39,230 nt of DNA, from the NCBI RefSeq assembly GCF_001194135.2, contig NC_068990.1:50802963-50842192 (forward strand), read 5' to 3'. Shown in pieces: positions 1 through 10,022 of this stretch (position 1 is the first letter of the stretch; every line of letters begins with the position of its first letter). The translations under genes were made by a program, and so were the position numbers. The notes under the pieces are model-generated. The model did no database searches, had not been told where the DNA came from, and saw nothing but the letters and a program-made list of their open reading frames with translations. The DNA is from Octopus bimaculoides. Its lineage: Eukaryota.

Positions 1-1990
1 GAGTTTTTGTGTAGCGCGGACGCCGGGATGTGCTAGTGAATGCAGAGCGGAGAAAACGTCACGTCTGTACTTTGGAGGGTCATTCGTGGCCGGTGGATAC
101 ATCACACCAAATATGTTCAGCAGAAGAGGGTAGTAGAGATTGTTGGAATTTCAAGGATGACGAATTTCGTAGCCGTTGTAGCTGTTCATCATACTTTTGG
201 TCTGCGGCAATCTGTTGGAGGTTGATCTGAGCAGGGCTGTGAATAGCATTTATCTCCATTCGGGACAGGGCATCAGCTGCTGAGTTGTTTACACCACTTA
301 TGTGTCTGATGTCAGTGGTGTATTGCGATATGAAGTCTAAATGCCTGACTTCTCTGGGTGAATGGCGATCAGGTTTTGCATGGAATGCGTAGACAAGTGG
401 TTTGTGGTCAGTATACACCGAAAATACACGACCTTCCTAACCGCTTAGAAAAAAAAGATATAGGTTGCCAAGATCCATGAGTGAGCTGTTGGAGTACGCC
501 TCCAACTCTGGAAGCAGATGCATCGACTAACAAAGTTAAAGGAGCGTCCGGTTTTGGGTATGCTAACATAGTGGCATCGGACAATGCTTCTTTTAGGTAG
601 TTGAATGCTGATGCTAACTGTTCGTCGCTGAGGGTAATGTTGGCATTTTTGGTCGACCGGTCTCGCAGTAAATCTGTAAGGTGTTGTGCTATGTCAGAGC
701 AGCGCAGGATGAAACGCCTATAAAAATTAATGAGACCAAGAAATTCTCGTAATTTCCGCAGAGATGTGGGTGCTGGAAAATCTGTGATAGCTTTCACTTT
801 CTCCGGTAGGGGGCGAATGCCATCTTTGTCAACCGTGTGTCTGAGAAATTCAACGGACGTGACTCTGAACAAACATTTGCCAGGGTTAATGACAATGCCA
901 TATTGTCTAAGGCACTGGAACAAGAGATAGAGGTGTTGTACATGTTCTTCATGGGAGCTACTGGCTACGAGAAGGTCATCTATGTATGCATAAACAAAAG
1001 GTAAGCCTCTGGTCACTGTGTCGATGAATCTTTGGAAAGTTTGTGCTGCGTTGCGTAAGCCGAATGGCATACGCAGAAATTCAAACAGTCCAAAAGGAGT
1101 CGTGAATGCTGTTTTTGGTACATTGGCAGGTTCCACTGGGATCTGATTGTATGCCCTAACCAGGTCGATTTTTGAAAAACATGCTAGTTCCATGTAATGA
1201 GCTTGACACATCATGCAGGTGGGGGACTGGATAGGAGTCTGGAGCCATGCAGCTATTCAATGCTCTGTAATCCCCGCAGATGCGACAGTCGTTGGAACCT
1301 TTTTTGGGCACACAATGTATTGGAGACGACCAGTTACTGCTAGATGGACAGATGATGCCAAGGTCTAGCATGTGTTGGAATTCGCATTTTACTGCCTTGA
1401 GGCGATTTCGTGCAAGTCGGCGAGGGTGTGCAGCGACGAGTGGACCGCGGGTCATAATGTGATGGGTGACCTCGTGTTTGATCAGCTGGTTGTGAAATAC
1501 AGGTCAGGCGACATCCGGGTATTCCTGGAGGATGTTGCTGTGACGTGTGGATGTTGTCTGTAGTATTGTAGGGCTCACTGTGGCTATACTGGCGGTAATA
1601 CCAAGCACAGTAAATTTCGTAATGCTGTCTACAAGTCTCTGTCGTTTGAGGTCTACAAGTAGGCCAAAATGGTGAAGGAAATCGGCTCCGAGAATAGGGG
1701 TTGGTAGCTTGGCTACTATGAATACCCACTGGAAAGTGCGGTGTAGACATAAATCTAGTGTGAGACTGCTCGCCGTAAGTAGGGATCAATGATTGGTTGA
1801 CAGCTTGGAGACAGAAGGATGTTGCACTTCGCTTTCCAGTAACATAAGAAACAGGAAGGATGCTAACTTCTGCACCGGTATCGACCAGGAAATGCTTGCC
1901 TGTGAGGCGGTCATTTCTGAAAAACAGGCGACTTTGCAGATGTAAACCAGGAACTGCAGCCGCGTTCAATTTCTGGTGGAATTGTTTCCC
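1..1990 (-). pseudogene. pol: pol (PR-RT-RNaseH-INT start) of CsRn1-like element, frameshifted
   Basis: Fragments in ORFs 1340..2065 (protease DTG), 1156..1455 (RT N-term, WSSPIHCVPKK...[10 protein letters not shown]), 408..1214 (RT core YIDD, RNase H) and 80..418 (RNase H end/tether). Confidence 0.95.
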
Positions 1991-2823
1991 AAATGAGAAA
2001 GTGAAAATGAACAGGGTCTTGTGCATCGGTTCACCTGTGCTCCAAACTTGTGGTGATGCCAGCAAATGCCATTTGAATTACGGGATGAACTTGGACTTCT
2101 AGAACGTCTTCCAGATCATCGTACGGGACTGTTGCTGTGGTGGTGCCTGTTGTATGATAAGGCTTGTATTTTCGTTGTCAGGAGCTGTATCTGTGATGCC
2201 TGCTCTGTCATTAAAGCTTGTAGTTCGGCCAGATCTGTTGCGCTGGTGGAAGGCGGGAAAGGATTGGTTGGTGGAGCTGCTGTTACAACTGCTGACAGGG
2301 ACGGACAACTGCGTGGGACATCGGCAATGCGGTCGGCTAATTCAGTGAGTTCCACCACTGACTTGCTGTCTTTGGTGGCAGTGAGGACCACTTGTGTATT
2401 AGATGGCAAATGTTGTCGAAAGAGCTGCTTCAACACTCTGTTGGGTAGATTATCATCTCCCATGAGTTGCTTCATTTGTCGCAAGAGCTGGGAGGGCTTC
2501 TTGTCCCCTAATTCTTCTGTGAGAAGTAGCTGGCAGAGACGCTTTTGTTGAGACTCTTCCATCCTGGTGAGCAGCGTAGTTTTGAAGGTATCAAATGATA
2601 CCGTGTCGGGAGGAGCCATGATAAGTTCGCGGACCTCATTCAGGATTTCGGGTGATAAGGACCCGATAATATGTGTGAGGCGAGTGGCATTGCTTGTAAT
2701 GCGGCTCGAAGCAAACTGGGCCACGATATAACAGAACCACAATGGAGGATCAAGAGTCGAAAAGAGTGGTACTTTGATGGAGATTGCAGCCTGGAAATTG
2801 TAGTTCTGTGTGCTGGAGTTCAT
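1966..2823 (-). pseudogene. gag: gag of CsRn1-like element, one in-frame premature stop
   Basis: ORF 2823-2116 (KVPLFSTLDPPLWFCYIVAQF...KPSQLLRQMKQL) continues in frame past a TGA at 2118-2116 (probably CGA>TGA in an R/S-rich tract). It then reads CWHHHKFGAQVNRCTRPC (C-X2-H-X9-C-X3-C, 2064-2011) and stops at TGA 1968-1966. Confidence 0.92.
1984..1990 (-). promoter_or_regulatory. -1 ribosomal frameshift slippery heptamer G GGA AAC at the gag/pol overlap
   Basis: gag frame reads TTG GGA AAC AAT...TGA; pol frame reads GGG AAA CAA TTC, i.e. -1. Canonical X XXY YYZ motif six codons before the gag stop. Confidence 0.8.
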
Positions 2824-2940
2824 GATATGGTGAGTTGGTGTGGTTCTTCGGATATGGTTGGATGGTTATTGCTGTAGGTACGGAGATCAGTATTCTAGTG
2901 GTGTCGAGTAAACTTTGATGAAGGCTGTGTTTCTTGCTTA

Positions 2941-2954
2941 AGTCAGGGTCACCA
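2941..2954 (-). promoter_or_regulatory. Primer-binding site complementary to the tRNA-Trp 3' end
   Basis: Minus strand reads TGGTGACCCTGACT; the complement of the tRNA-Trp 3' end is TGGTGACCCCGACGT (12 of first 13 match). tRNA-Trp priming is typical of CsRn1-clade elements. Confidence 0.85.
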
Positions 2955-2957
2955 TTT

Positions 2958-3462
2958 TGTAGTGGATATGTATCCTGTCATTGTGAATTCGTCTGTTGGG
3001 TTTGAATAAACTGCAGAGACTCGGTAATCAGAGTATAATTTCATTTATTTAGCATAAATGATACTGCGCTGATCGGACATCAGAACATATTACTACATTA
3101 CAAATGTGTATAACTAGCTACGAGTTATATGCAGAGAAAGCATGTATTTGGTTCAGCTTGGTTGATAGCAGTGAAAACCGCTGTTCTGGGTTGTTGCATA
3201 TCTTGGTTGAGTTGATAGCAGTTAAAACCACTTTTCATATGTTCGAGTCAGAAACTAGATTCAGACTGTCCATCTACTGTTCCGTGTTGTATTTATAGTT
3301 AGCAGCGAGGTAGACGATCTATTTTTAGCTATGGTGAAATTCTGCTGCTGATTTACAAAAAGGGCGCCAATTTAAGGTTTTCACTAAGGGAGCTATCAAT
3401 CTAATATTTGCTATTATGAAATCTTAACTAATTCAATCTAAGGCTATAAGATGTCCGTTACA
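2958..3462 (-). repeat. 5' LTR (~505 bp) of the CsRn1-like element
   Basis: Minus strand begins TGTAACGG (3462) and ends CCACTACA (2958): TG..CA ends with imperfect terminal inverted repeat. It lies 3 nt from the PBS. Minus-strand TATAAA at ~3292-3297 and AATAAA at 3044-3049. Outer flank is a TA microsatellite. Confidence 0.85.
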
Positions 3463-3566
3463 ATATATATAATATATATATATGNNNNNNNNNNCACATA
3501 TAGATACATAATATATATACATATAGATATATAATATACATATAGATACATAATATATATACACAT
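3463..3566. repeat. TA-rich micro/minisatellite (ACATATAGATAYATAATATATAT-like units) with small gap
   Basis: Direct reading; the same unit type recurs at 4274-4450. Confidence 0.9.
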
Positions 3567-4278
3567 AATTAAGGGATCAGCAACAGTTGCTTCACCACAT
3601 ACCGAAGTTCAGAAATAGCAGCTAAAATGCGGTGTTTACATACCGAAGGGCTTGGTAAAAATTATTAATTATTAATTTATTAATAAATTAATAAATGATA
3701 ATCCATTACCCTTTTAATTGTAATAATTATTCACTCCCGGAGAGTAAACAGCAGATTTTCTGCGGTATTGCCTGCGATGCACATGGTAATTCTTGAGGAG
3801 GGATGATGAGATGGCTGGCCTACGTAGGTTCGGAGATGTTTTCAAACTGTGCCGATTGTATGATGGCGCTCGGTCATACATGCACAATTGCTGGCATCGT
3901 CGAATTTGCAACTGCAATATCATACTGATGAGGTAATGAAGAGTTTTTCCTTCTAAGCCAGAAACATGTATATGATTAACTATGATTAGTTTAGTTCGTT
4001 ATTATTATTTTTTTTTCTTCTTGTTTTGCCTTTGTGAGTTACAGGTAATGCTATCTGTTGGAGTTTCAGCATTTTAGCTGCTATTTCTGAACTTCGGTAT
4101 GTGGTGAAGCAATTTTTGTTGATCCCTTAATTTTGTTTATAAATGTATAAGAACTTTTGAATAAGTTCCTCGCCGATAATGGTGTTTACATACCGAAGGG
4201 CTTGGTAAAAATTATTAATTATTAATTTATTAATAAATTAATAAATTGATAATCCTTTACCCTTTTAATTGCAATAAT
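3567..4278 (+). mobile_element. Non-coding repeat unit with 64-bp inverted repeat, ~97-bp direct repeat and hammerhead core; Penelope pseudo-LTR/retrozyme-like
   Basis: 3567-3630 is the reverse complement of 4069-4132 (61/64 identical). 3631-3727 repeats directly at 4181-4278 (3 differences). Hammerhead motif at 3919-3976. No convincing ORF. Confidence 0.6.
3919..3976 (+). ncRNA. Minimal type I hammerhead ribozyme candidate
   Basis: ATCATA (stem I) - CTGATGA (3925-3931) - stem II region - GAAA (3961-3964) - palindromic ACATGT (stem III) - cleavage triplet GTA (after 3970) - TATGAT (stem I partner, 6 bp). Caveat: base before GAAA is A rather than C. Confidence 0.6.
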
Positions 4279-4317
4279 ATATATACATATAGATAAATAA
4301 TATATATATACATATAG

Positions 4318-4364
<47 letters not shown>

Positions 4365-4450
4365 CATATACATATAGATATATAATATATATATATACAT
4401 ATAGATATATAATATATATATACATATGAATATATAATATATATATACAT
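4274..4450. repeat. TA-rich micro/minisatellite
   Basis: (TA)n plus ATACATATAGATATATAATAT units. Confidence 0.9.
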
Positions 4451-4617
4451 ATCATCGTTTAACGTCTGCTTTCGATGCTAGCATGGGTTGGACGATTTGA
4501 CTGAGGACTGGTGAAACCGGATGGCAACACCAGGATCCAATCTGATTTGGCAGAGTTTCTACAGCTGGATGCCCTTCCTAATGCCAACCACTCAGAGAGT
4601 GTAGTGGGTGCTTTTAT
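4448..4617 (-). mobile_element. Isolated 3' end of the RTE LINE family
   Basis: Near-identical to 4958-5125 (CATCGTTTAACGTC...GCCAACCACTC), the tail of the RTE copy at 4945-7653. Confidence 0.85.
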
Positions 4618-4692
4618 ATGTATTTATTTATTTATGGGTTTCAGCCAACTGGTTGTGGTCATGCTGGAGCACCACCGTGACTTTCCGCCTCA

Positions 4693-4909
4693 GGAACCTG
4701 CACAAAGTAGATGTAGGGGTTTTTAAATCAAAGCTGGACCTCTTCCTATCTGACGGCAGGAGATGCAAATGAGGGTTGCTAAATCAAACTCCATTTTTCA
4801 CCAAGTGCCACATATTGTAGGAGGCTCCCCGTAATAGCAGTGTAGCAACACGGCGGTGCATCAGCATGGCCGCAGCTCTAAGCTGAAACTGTAAACAAAC
4901 AAAAAAAAA
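4693..4909 (+). mobile_element. 3' end fragment of CR1-like LINE
   Basis: Matches the reverse complement of 7660-7887 (GGAACCTGCACAAAGTAGATGTAGGGG...GCTGAAACT) and ends in an A-rich tail. Confidence 0.85.
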
Positions 4910-4944
4910 TATATTCAATATATCAATACGTACATATATATATA

Positions 4945-7653
4945 TCATCATCATCATCATCATCGTTTAACGTCCGCTTTCCATGCTAGCATGGATTGGA
5001 TGATTTGACTGAGGACTGGTGAAACAGATGGCTACACCAGGCTCCAATCTGATTTGGCAGAGTTTCTACAGCTGGATGCCTTTCCTAACATCAACCACTC
5101 AGACAGTGTAGTGAGTGCTTTTACGTGCCACCGACACAAAGGCCAGTCATGGGGTACTGGCAATGGCCACGCTCGAATTGTTGCATTTTACGTGCCACCT
5201 GCACAACAGTCAGTCCAGCGGGGCTGGCAACGAACTCGCTCGAATGTCTTTCACGTGCCAGGAAGGCGATGTTGGTAACGGTCACGCTCAAATGGTGCTA
5301 TTTACGTGCCACCGGCACGAAAGCCAGACAGCTGATTCTTTGGCAACGATCACGCTCGGATAGTGCTCTTAGTGATTTACTGGTACAGGTGCCATCACGA
5401 TTTCCCTTTTGCTTGCCCCAACAGGTCTTCGCAAGCCGAGTTTAGTGTTCAATGAAGATGTTGGCATGGGTGCCAGTCTACAAATTTAGTTCGATTTCAA
5501 TTTCACTTGCTTCAACAGGTCTTTGCAAGCGGAGTTTAGTGTCCAAAGAAGAAATGTTACGCATAACTGGGCTCGCTACATCCCTGGGAGAGAGGCCTTG
5601 GATTTTAGTTTAATCCCTGGCAGAGGCCTTGGATTTTGGTCTCACTTGGCTTGCCGGGTCTTCTCATGCACAGCATATTTCCAAAGATCATGCTTCACCA
5701 CCTCATCCCAAGTCTTCCTGGGCCTGCCTCTTCCACGGGTTCCCTTAACTGCTAGGGTGTGGCACTTTTTCACACAACTATCCTCATCCATTCTCGNNNN
5801 NNNNNNNNNNNNNNNNNNNNNNNNNNNNNNNNNNNNNNNNNNNNNNNNNNNNNNNNNNNNNNNNNNNNNNNNNNNNNNNNNNNNNNNNNNNNNNNNTGAG
5901 GCCCAATGTTCGAAGGTCTTGCTTCACCACCTCATCCCAGGTCTTCCAGGGCCTACCTCTTCCCTCAACTACTAGTGTGTGACACATATTCACACAGCTA
6001 TCCTCGTCCATTCTCGCCACATGATCACACCAACGCAATCGTCTCTCTTGCACACCACAACTGATGCTTCTTAGGTTCAGCTTTTCTCTCAAGGTACTTA
6101 CACTCTGTCTAGTATGCACACTGACATTATACATCCATCGGAGCATACTGGCTTCATTCCTTGTGAGCCTACGCACGTCTTCAGCAGTCACGGCCCATGT
6201 TTAACTGCCATGAAGCATGGCTGTTCGTACACATACGTCATACAGTCTGCCTGTCAGAGCTCTCTGAACTCTGCCCAGGCTATTCTTATTCTAGCAGCTA
6301 CACTTTCAGCGCACCCTCCCCCACTACTAACTTGGTCACCTAGATAGTGGAAGGTATCAACCACTTCTAGTTTTTCTCCCTGGAATGTGGCAGTAGTTGT
6401 TTTCTGCACATTTACAGTGTTTATAGCTACTGAACATCTGCTACATACAAAAACTAACTTCCTAGTTAACCTTCCTTTGATATTGCTGCACTTTTTATGT
6501 GTCCATAGCTTGCACTCGGTGCATCTTATAGAGTTTCTACTTACGCCTTTTCTACAGATCGAGCAGGGCCATCTACCTGAAGGTGTTTATGATTTTTCTA
6601 CCTTCCTACTTATTAGGACTTTGGTTTTAGCTAGGTTGATTCTAAGGCCTTTCAATTCTAGTCCTTGCTTCCACATCTGAAACTTCTCCTCTAGTTCTGA
6701 TAGTGACTCAGCAATTAGTGCAAGGTCATCAGCATAGAGGAGCTCCCAGGGGCATCCTGTCTTGAATTCATCTGTTATAGCTTAGAGGACTATGATAAAT
6801 AGGAGGTGGCTGAGGACAGAACCTTGGTGGCCCCCTACCTCTACCCGGAATTCTTCACTGTACTCATTGCCAACCCTCACTTTACTGACAGCGTCTCTGT
6901 ACATGGCTCACACAGCTCTCACTAACCATTCTTATATCCCAAGTTTCGTCATTGACCACCAGACGATGAATCGGGGGACCCTGTCAAAGGCCTTCTCCAT
7001 GTCAATGAAAGCCAGGTACAGAGGTCTATCCATGGCTAGGTATTTCTCCTGAAGCTGTCTTACCAGAAATATAGCATCAGTGGTGCTTTTTTCCCTGGCA
7101 CGAACCCAAACTGCATCTCATCTAAACTGACCCGCTCCCTAATTAGTTGGGCTATGCCCCTCTCTGTGACTTTCATTACCTGATCTAACAGTTTGATGCC
7201 TCTGTAATTATTTGTATCTAAAGCGTCACCTTTACCTTTGTAGCAGTTGACAACGGAGCTGCTACACCAGTCATTGGGTATGACTCCTTCGTGTATCACC
7301 TGGTTAACAATACAGGTGACTAGGCTATAGCCGACACTGCCAGATATTTTGAGCATCTCTGCAGTGATTCCTGATGGGCCGGGGGGCCTTCCCTGTCTTC
7401 ATACTCTTAATTGCTTTATCTACCATGGTACTGTCAACACGGATAGCTGGTCCCTCAGTTGGGTCAACATTCGGCAGACTCTCTTTCTCCCATTCATTCT
7501 CTTTATTGAGCAAACTTTTGTAGTGGCGTCTCCAAACCTCTTTCTTTGCAGCCTCGTTTAGTGCAAGCATACCTTCATCCATGCGAACCCATTTCTCTCC
7601 CACGACATCACGATTCTCTCTCCCACACTGTCTTGCAACACGAAATACCTCAA
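4945..7653 (-). mobile_element. RTE-clade LINE, 5'-truncated, with RT, C-terminal domain, 3' UTR and (GAT)n tail
   Basis: Fragments NYRGIKLLDQVMKVTE...DEMQFGFVPG, MEKAFDRVP, HQGSVLS, LLYADDL, LRWCDHVARMDEDSCV...GRGRPWKTWDEVVKQDL. (TCA)n on + strand at 4945-4963. Gap at 5797-5896 with a second diverged C-terminal piece to its left. Confidence 0.92.
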
Positions 7654-9689
7654 GTTTTTTTGTTTTTTTTCCCTATAGTTTCAGCTGATGCACTGCTGTG
7701 TTGCTACAGTAATATTACGTGGAGCCTCCTACAATATGTGGCACTTGGTGAAGAATGGAGTTTGATTTAGCAACCCTCATTTGCACCTCTTGCCATGAGG
7801 TAGGTTCATCTGGGACTCTCGACAGGAACAGGTCCAGCTTTGATTTAAAAACCCCTACATCTACTTTGTGCAGGTTCCTCAGGCTCTTTGGGAGAATATT
7901 AAAAAGCTGTGGGCCCCTGAAACCCAAACTGTTGCAGTAACTGGTCCTGAAGCGCGATGGCATTGCTGGGATCTTTGGCACTATGCAGTGTTGTCCCATT
8001 TTGGCATTGGTGTAGCTTNNNNNNNNNNNNNNNNNNNNNNNNNNNNNNNNNNNNNNNNNNNNNNNNNNNNNNNNNNNNNNNNNNNNNNNNNNNNNNNNNN
8101 NNNNNNNNNNNNNNNNNNNNNNNNNNNNNNNNNNNNNNNNNNNNNNNNNNNNNNNNNNNNNNNNNNNCGGCTGAGGACGAATGTCCTCCAGAGGGCCATC
8201 ATGGTTTCCTTATCTCTGGTTCTGAATGTTCTCAGGATCCATCCAGCCAGTCGCCTGCACTTTGTCGCCATCCTGGTAATGTGCACTTGGAAAGAGGTAT
8301 CATCACTCATGTCGATAACGAGGTCTCTCACTGATTTCGGTTCTGGGATTGAAATTCCCTGCGGACCAGTGTACTCTGTAAGTTTCATATTCAGTTTTGG
8401 ACGTTGGTAGTGCAGGGCTTGGAATTTTTCAGCATTAAACTGCATATTATTATCCTCAGCCCATCTGTAAACTGAATCCAACTCCTGCTGCAGATGGCAA
8501 CATCACTGGAGTTCTGTATTTTCTGTGAGACTTTCGTATTGTCTGCGTAGCTTGCAAGAGTGGCTATCCGGGCACTTGAGGGCATATCTGAGAGAGCGAC
8601 TATAAAAAGCAATGGTCCCAAGACAGTGCCCTGTGGAACACCACTCATTATTTGTGTTTTCATAGAGGTGGCTCCATTAGCACTACTGCCTGACTTCTAT
8701 CTTTCAGAAAGTTATGTAACCACTCTCCAAGTTTTCTAGCTATGCCAAGATCACGCATTATGTGGCATATCACACCATGATCCACTTTGTCAAAAGCTTT
8801 TGCAAAATCAAGGTATATTAAGTCCACATTTGAGTTGTTGAGTAACTGCCTCAACACCCAGTCATAATGTTGTAAGAGCTGGGTCAGGCAGCTCCTACCT
8901 GGTCGAAAGCCATGTTGGGTATCACTCAGCAATTTATTTTCTTCGAGGAATACGATTAGTTTTCTTCTGACTATCCTTTCCATGACTTTGCTGATGTGTG
9001 AAGTCAGAGAGATAGACCTATAGTTTTTGGCATCTGCTCTGCTTCCCCCTTTATGGATTGGGTATATAATTTCCTCCTTCAGCTTGCTTGGCAGTCTGCC
9101 GTTTGCGAGAAAGCTCTGGAAGAGGATCTGGAGGGGTTTTGCCAGGGCATGCTTACACGATTTAAGGAGGATTGCTGGGAAACCATCAGGGCCAGCAGTT
9201 GAGTTTGTGTCCACTTCATGTATACCTAGTAGTACATCTTCTTCGCTAATGTTGATGTATTCCATCGTAACTGCCTCACTGGTTATAGGGGAGGTAGCAA
9301 AGAAGTCCACTGGTTCGTTCACTTGTCTGGGCTCCAACGGAGTGGTAAAGACACTTTTGAACTGCTCATTCAGTACCTCACTGATCCTAGTTGGACTGTC
9401 TGTGAGGGAGCCATCCTTTTCGAAGAGGGGTCCAATCTTGCAGCGTACTGAGGCTGTTTCTTTTGCGTAATGAAAGAAGGCCTTTGGATTTGACTTAATG
9501 TTTTCCATATGTATATTATTACATATCTCTCCCGCCTGCACTCCAGGGAGTAGAGACCTAGTGCCTTCAGTCGCTCCCTGTAGTTCATCTGCTGGAGTGT
9601 GGCGATCTTTTTTGTATAGTGACGCTGAATTGCCTCGAGTTCTGCTCTCCGCTTGACACTGTTTGGTGACCACAACTGAGAGCAATAGT
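7654..9689 (-). mobile_element. CR1/L2-group LINE, 5'-truncated, decayed RT ORF
   Basis: NYRSISLTSHISKVMERI, QHGFRPGRSCLTQLL, DLIYLDFAKAFDKVDHG, SGVPQGTVLGPLLF, YADNTK, NMQFNAEKFQAL, C-terminal RGPQLFNILP, A-rich tail at 7654-7672. Confidence 0.9.
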
Positions 9690-10022
9690 CTAGGCGGCTT
9701 GTAGCGTATATATGTGCTTGTTTACATATATCTATTATATATATATGTGTACGTCAGAGTATAAGGATATTAAAATCAGATATATTGCATGTTTATAACT
9801 AAATTGGTATTAAGTAAAACATCTAAAAAAAATATTTTTATAATATTAATTAAAGTTAATCAAAAGTTTTATTATTATTAATAAATTCATTAAGCAGAGA
9901 GGGAATAATTGTGTATTTTTTGGCTATATAGAATTAATGTGTCACATTATCAGATTATGTGTAATTGAAAGAACAACAAGATTATCACTATTGAAGATTG
10001 TATGTTTATATAGTAATTATAT

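Larger units (their letters stand above)
1..3462 (-). mobile_element. Ty3/Gypsy LTR retrotransposon, CsRn1-like clade, decayed; 5' LTR, PBS, gag, pol; runs off the left edge in integrase
   Basis: Minus-strand order LTR - PBS - gag (CHCC motif) - protease (FLVDTGAEVSILP) - RT ([11 protein letters not shown]) - RNase H ([16 protein letters not shown]; YTDHKPL; RHLDFISQY) - start of integrase Zn finger (PPKYRRDVFSALHSLAHPGVRATQKL at ~81-1). Several frameshifts and stops. Confidence 0.97.

Noticed and set aside
4222-4455. Y/I-rich ORFs
   Set aside because: Translations of TA microsatellite.
5580-5640. ~32-bp tandem duplication (ATCCCTGG..AGAGGCCTTGGATTTT.GT)
   Set aside because: Small local slippage duplication in a LINE 3' UTR.
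5680-6017. Duplicated RTE C-terminal segment either side of the 5797-5896 gap
   Set aside because: Copies are clearly diverged members of a high-copy family next to a gap; adjacent insertions or scaffolding explain it, with no sign of a special structure.
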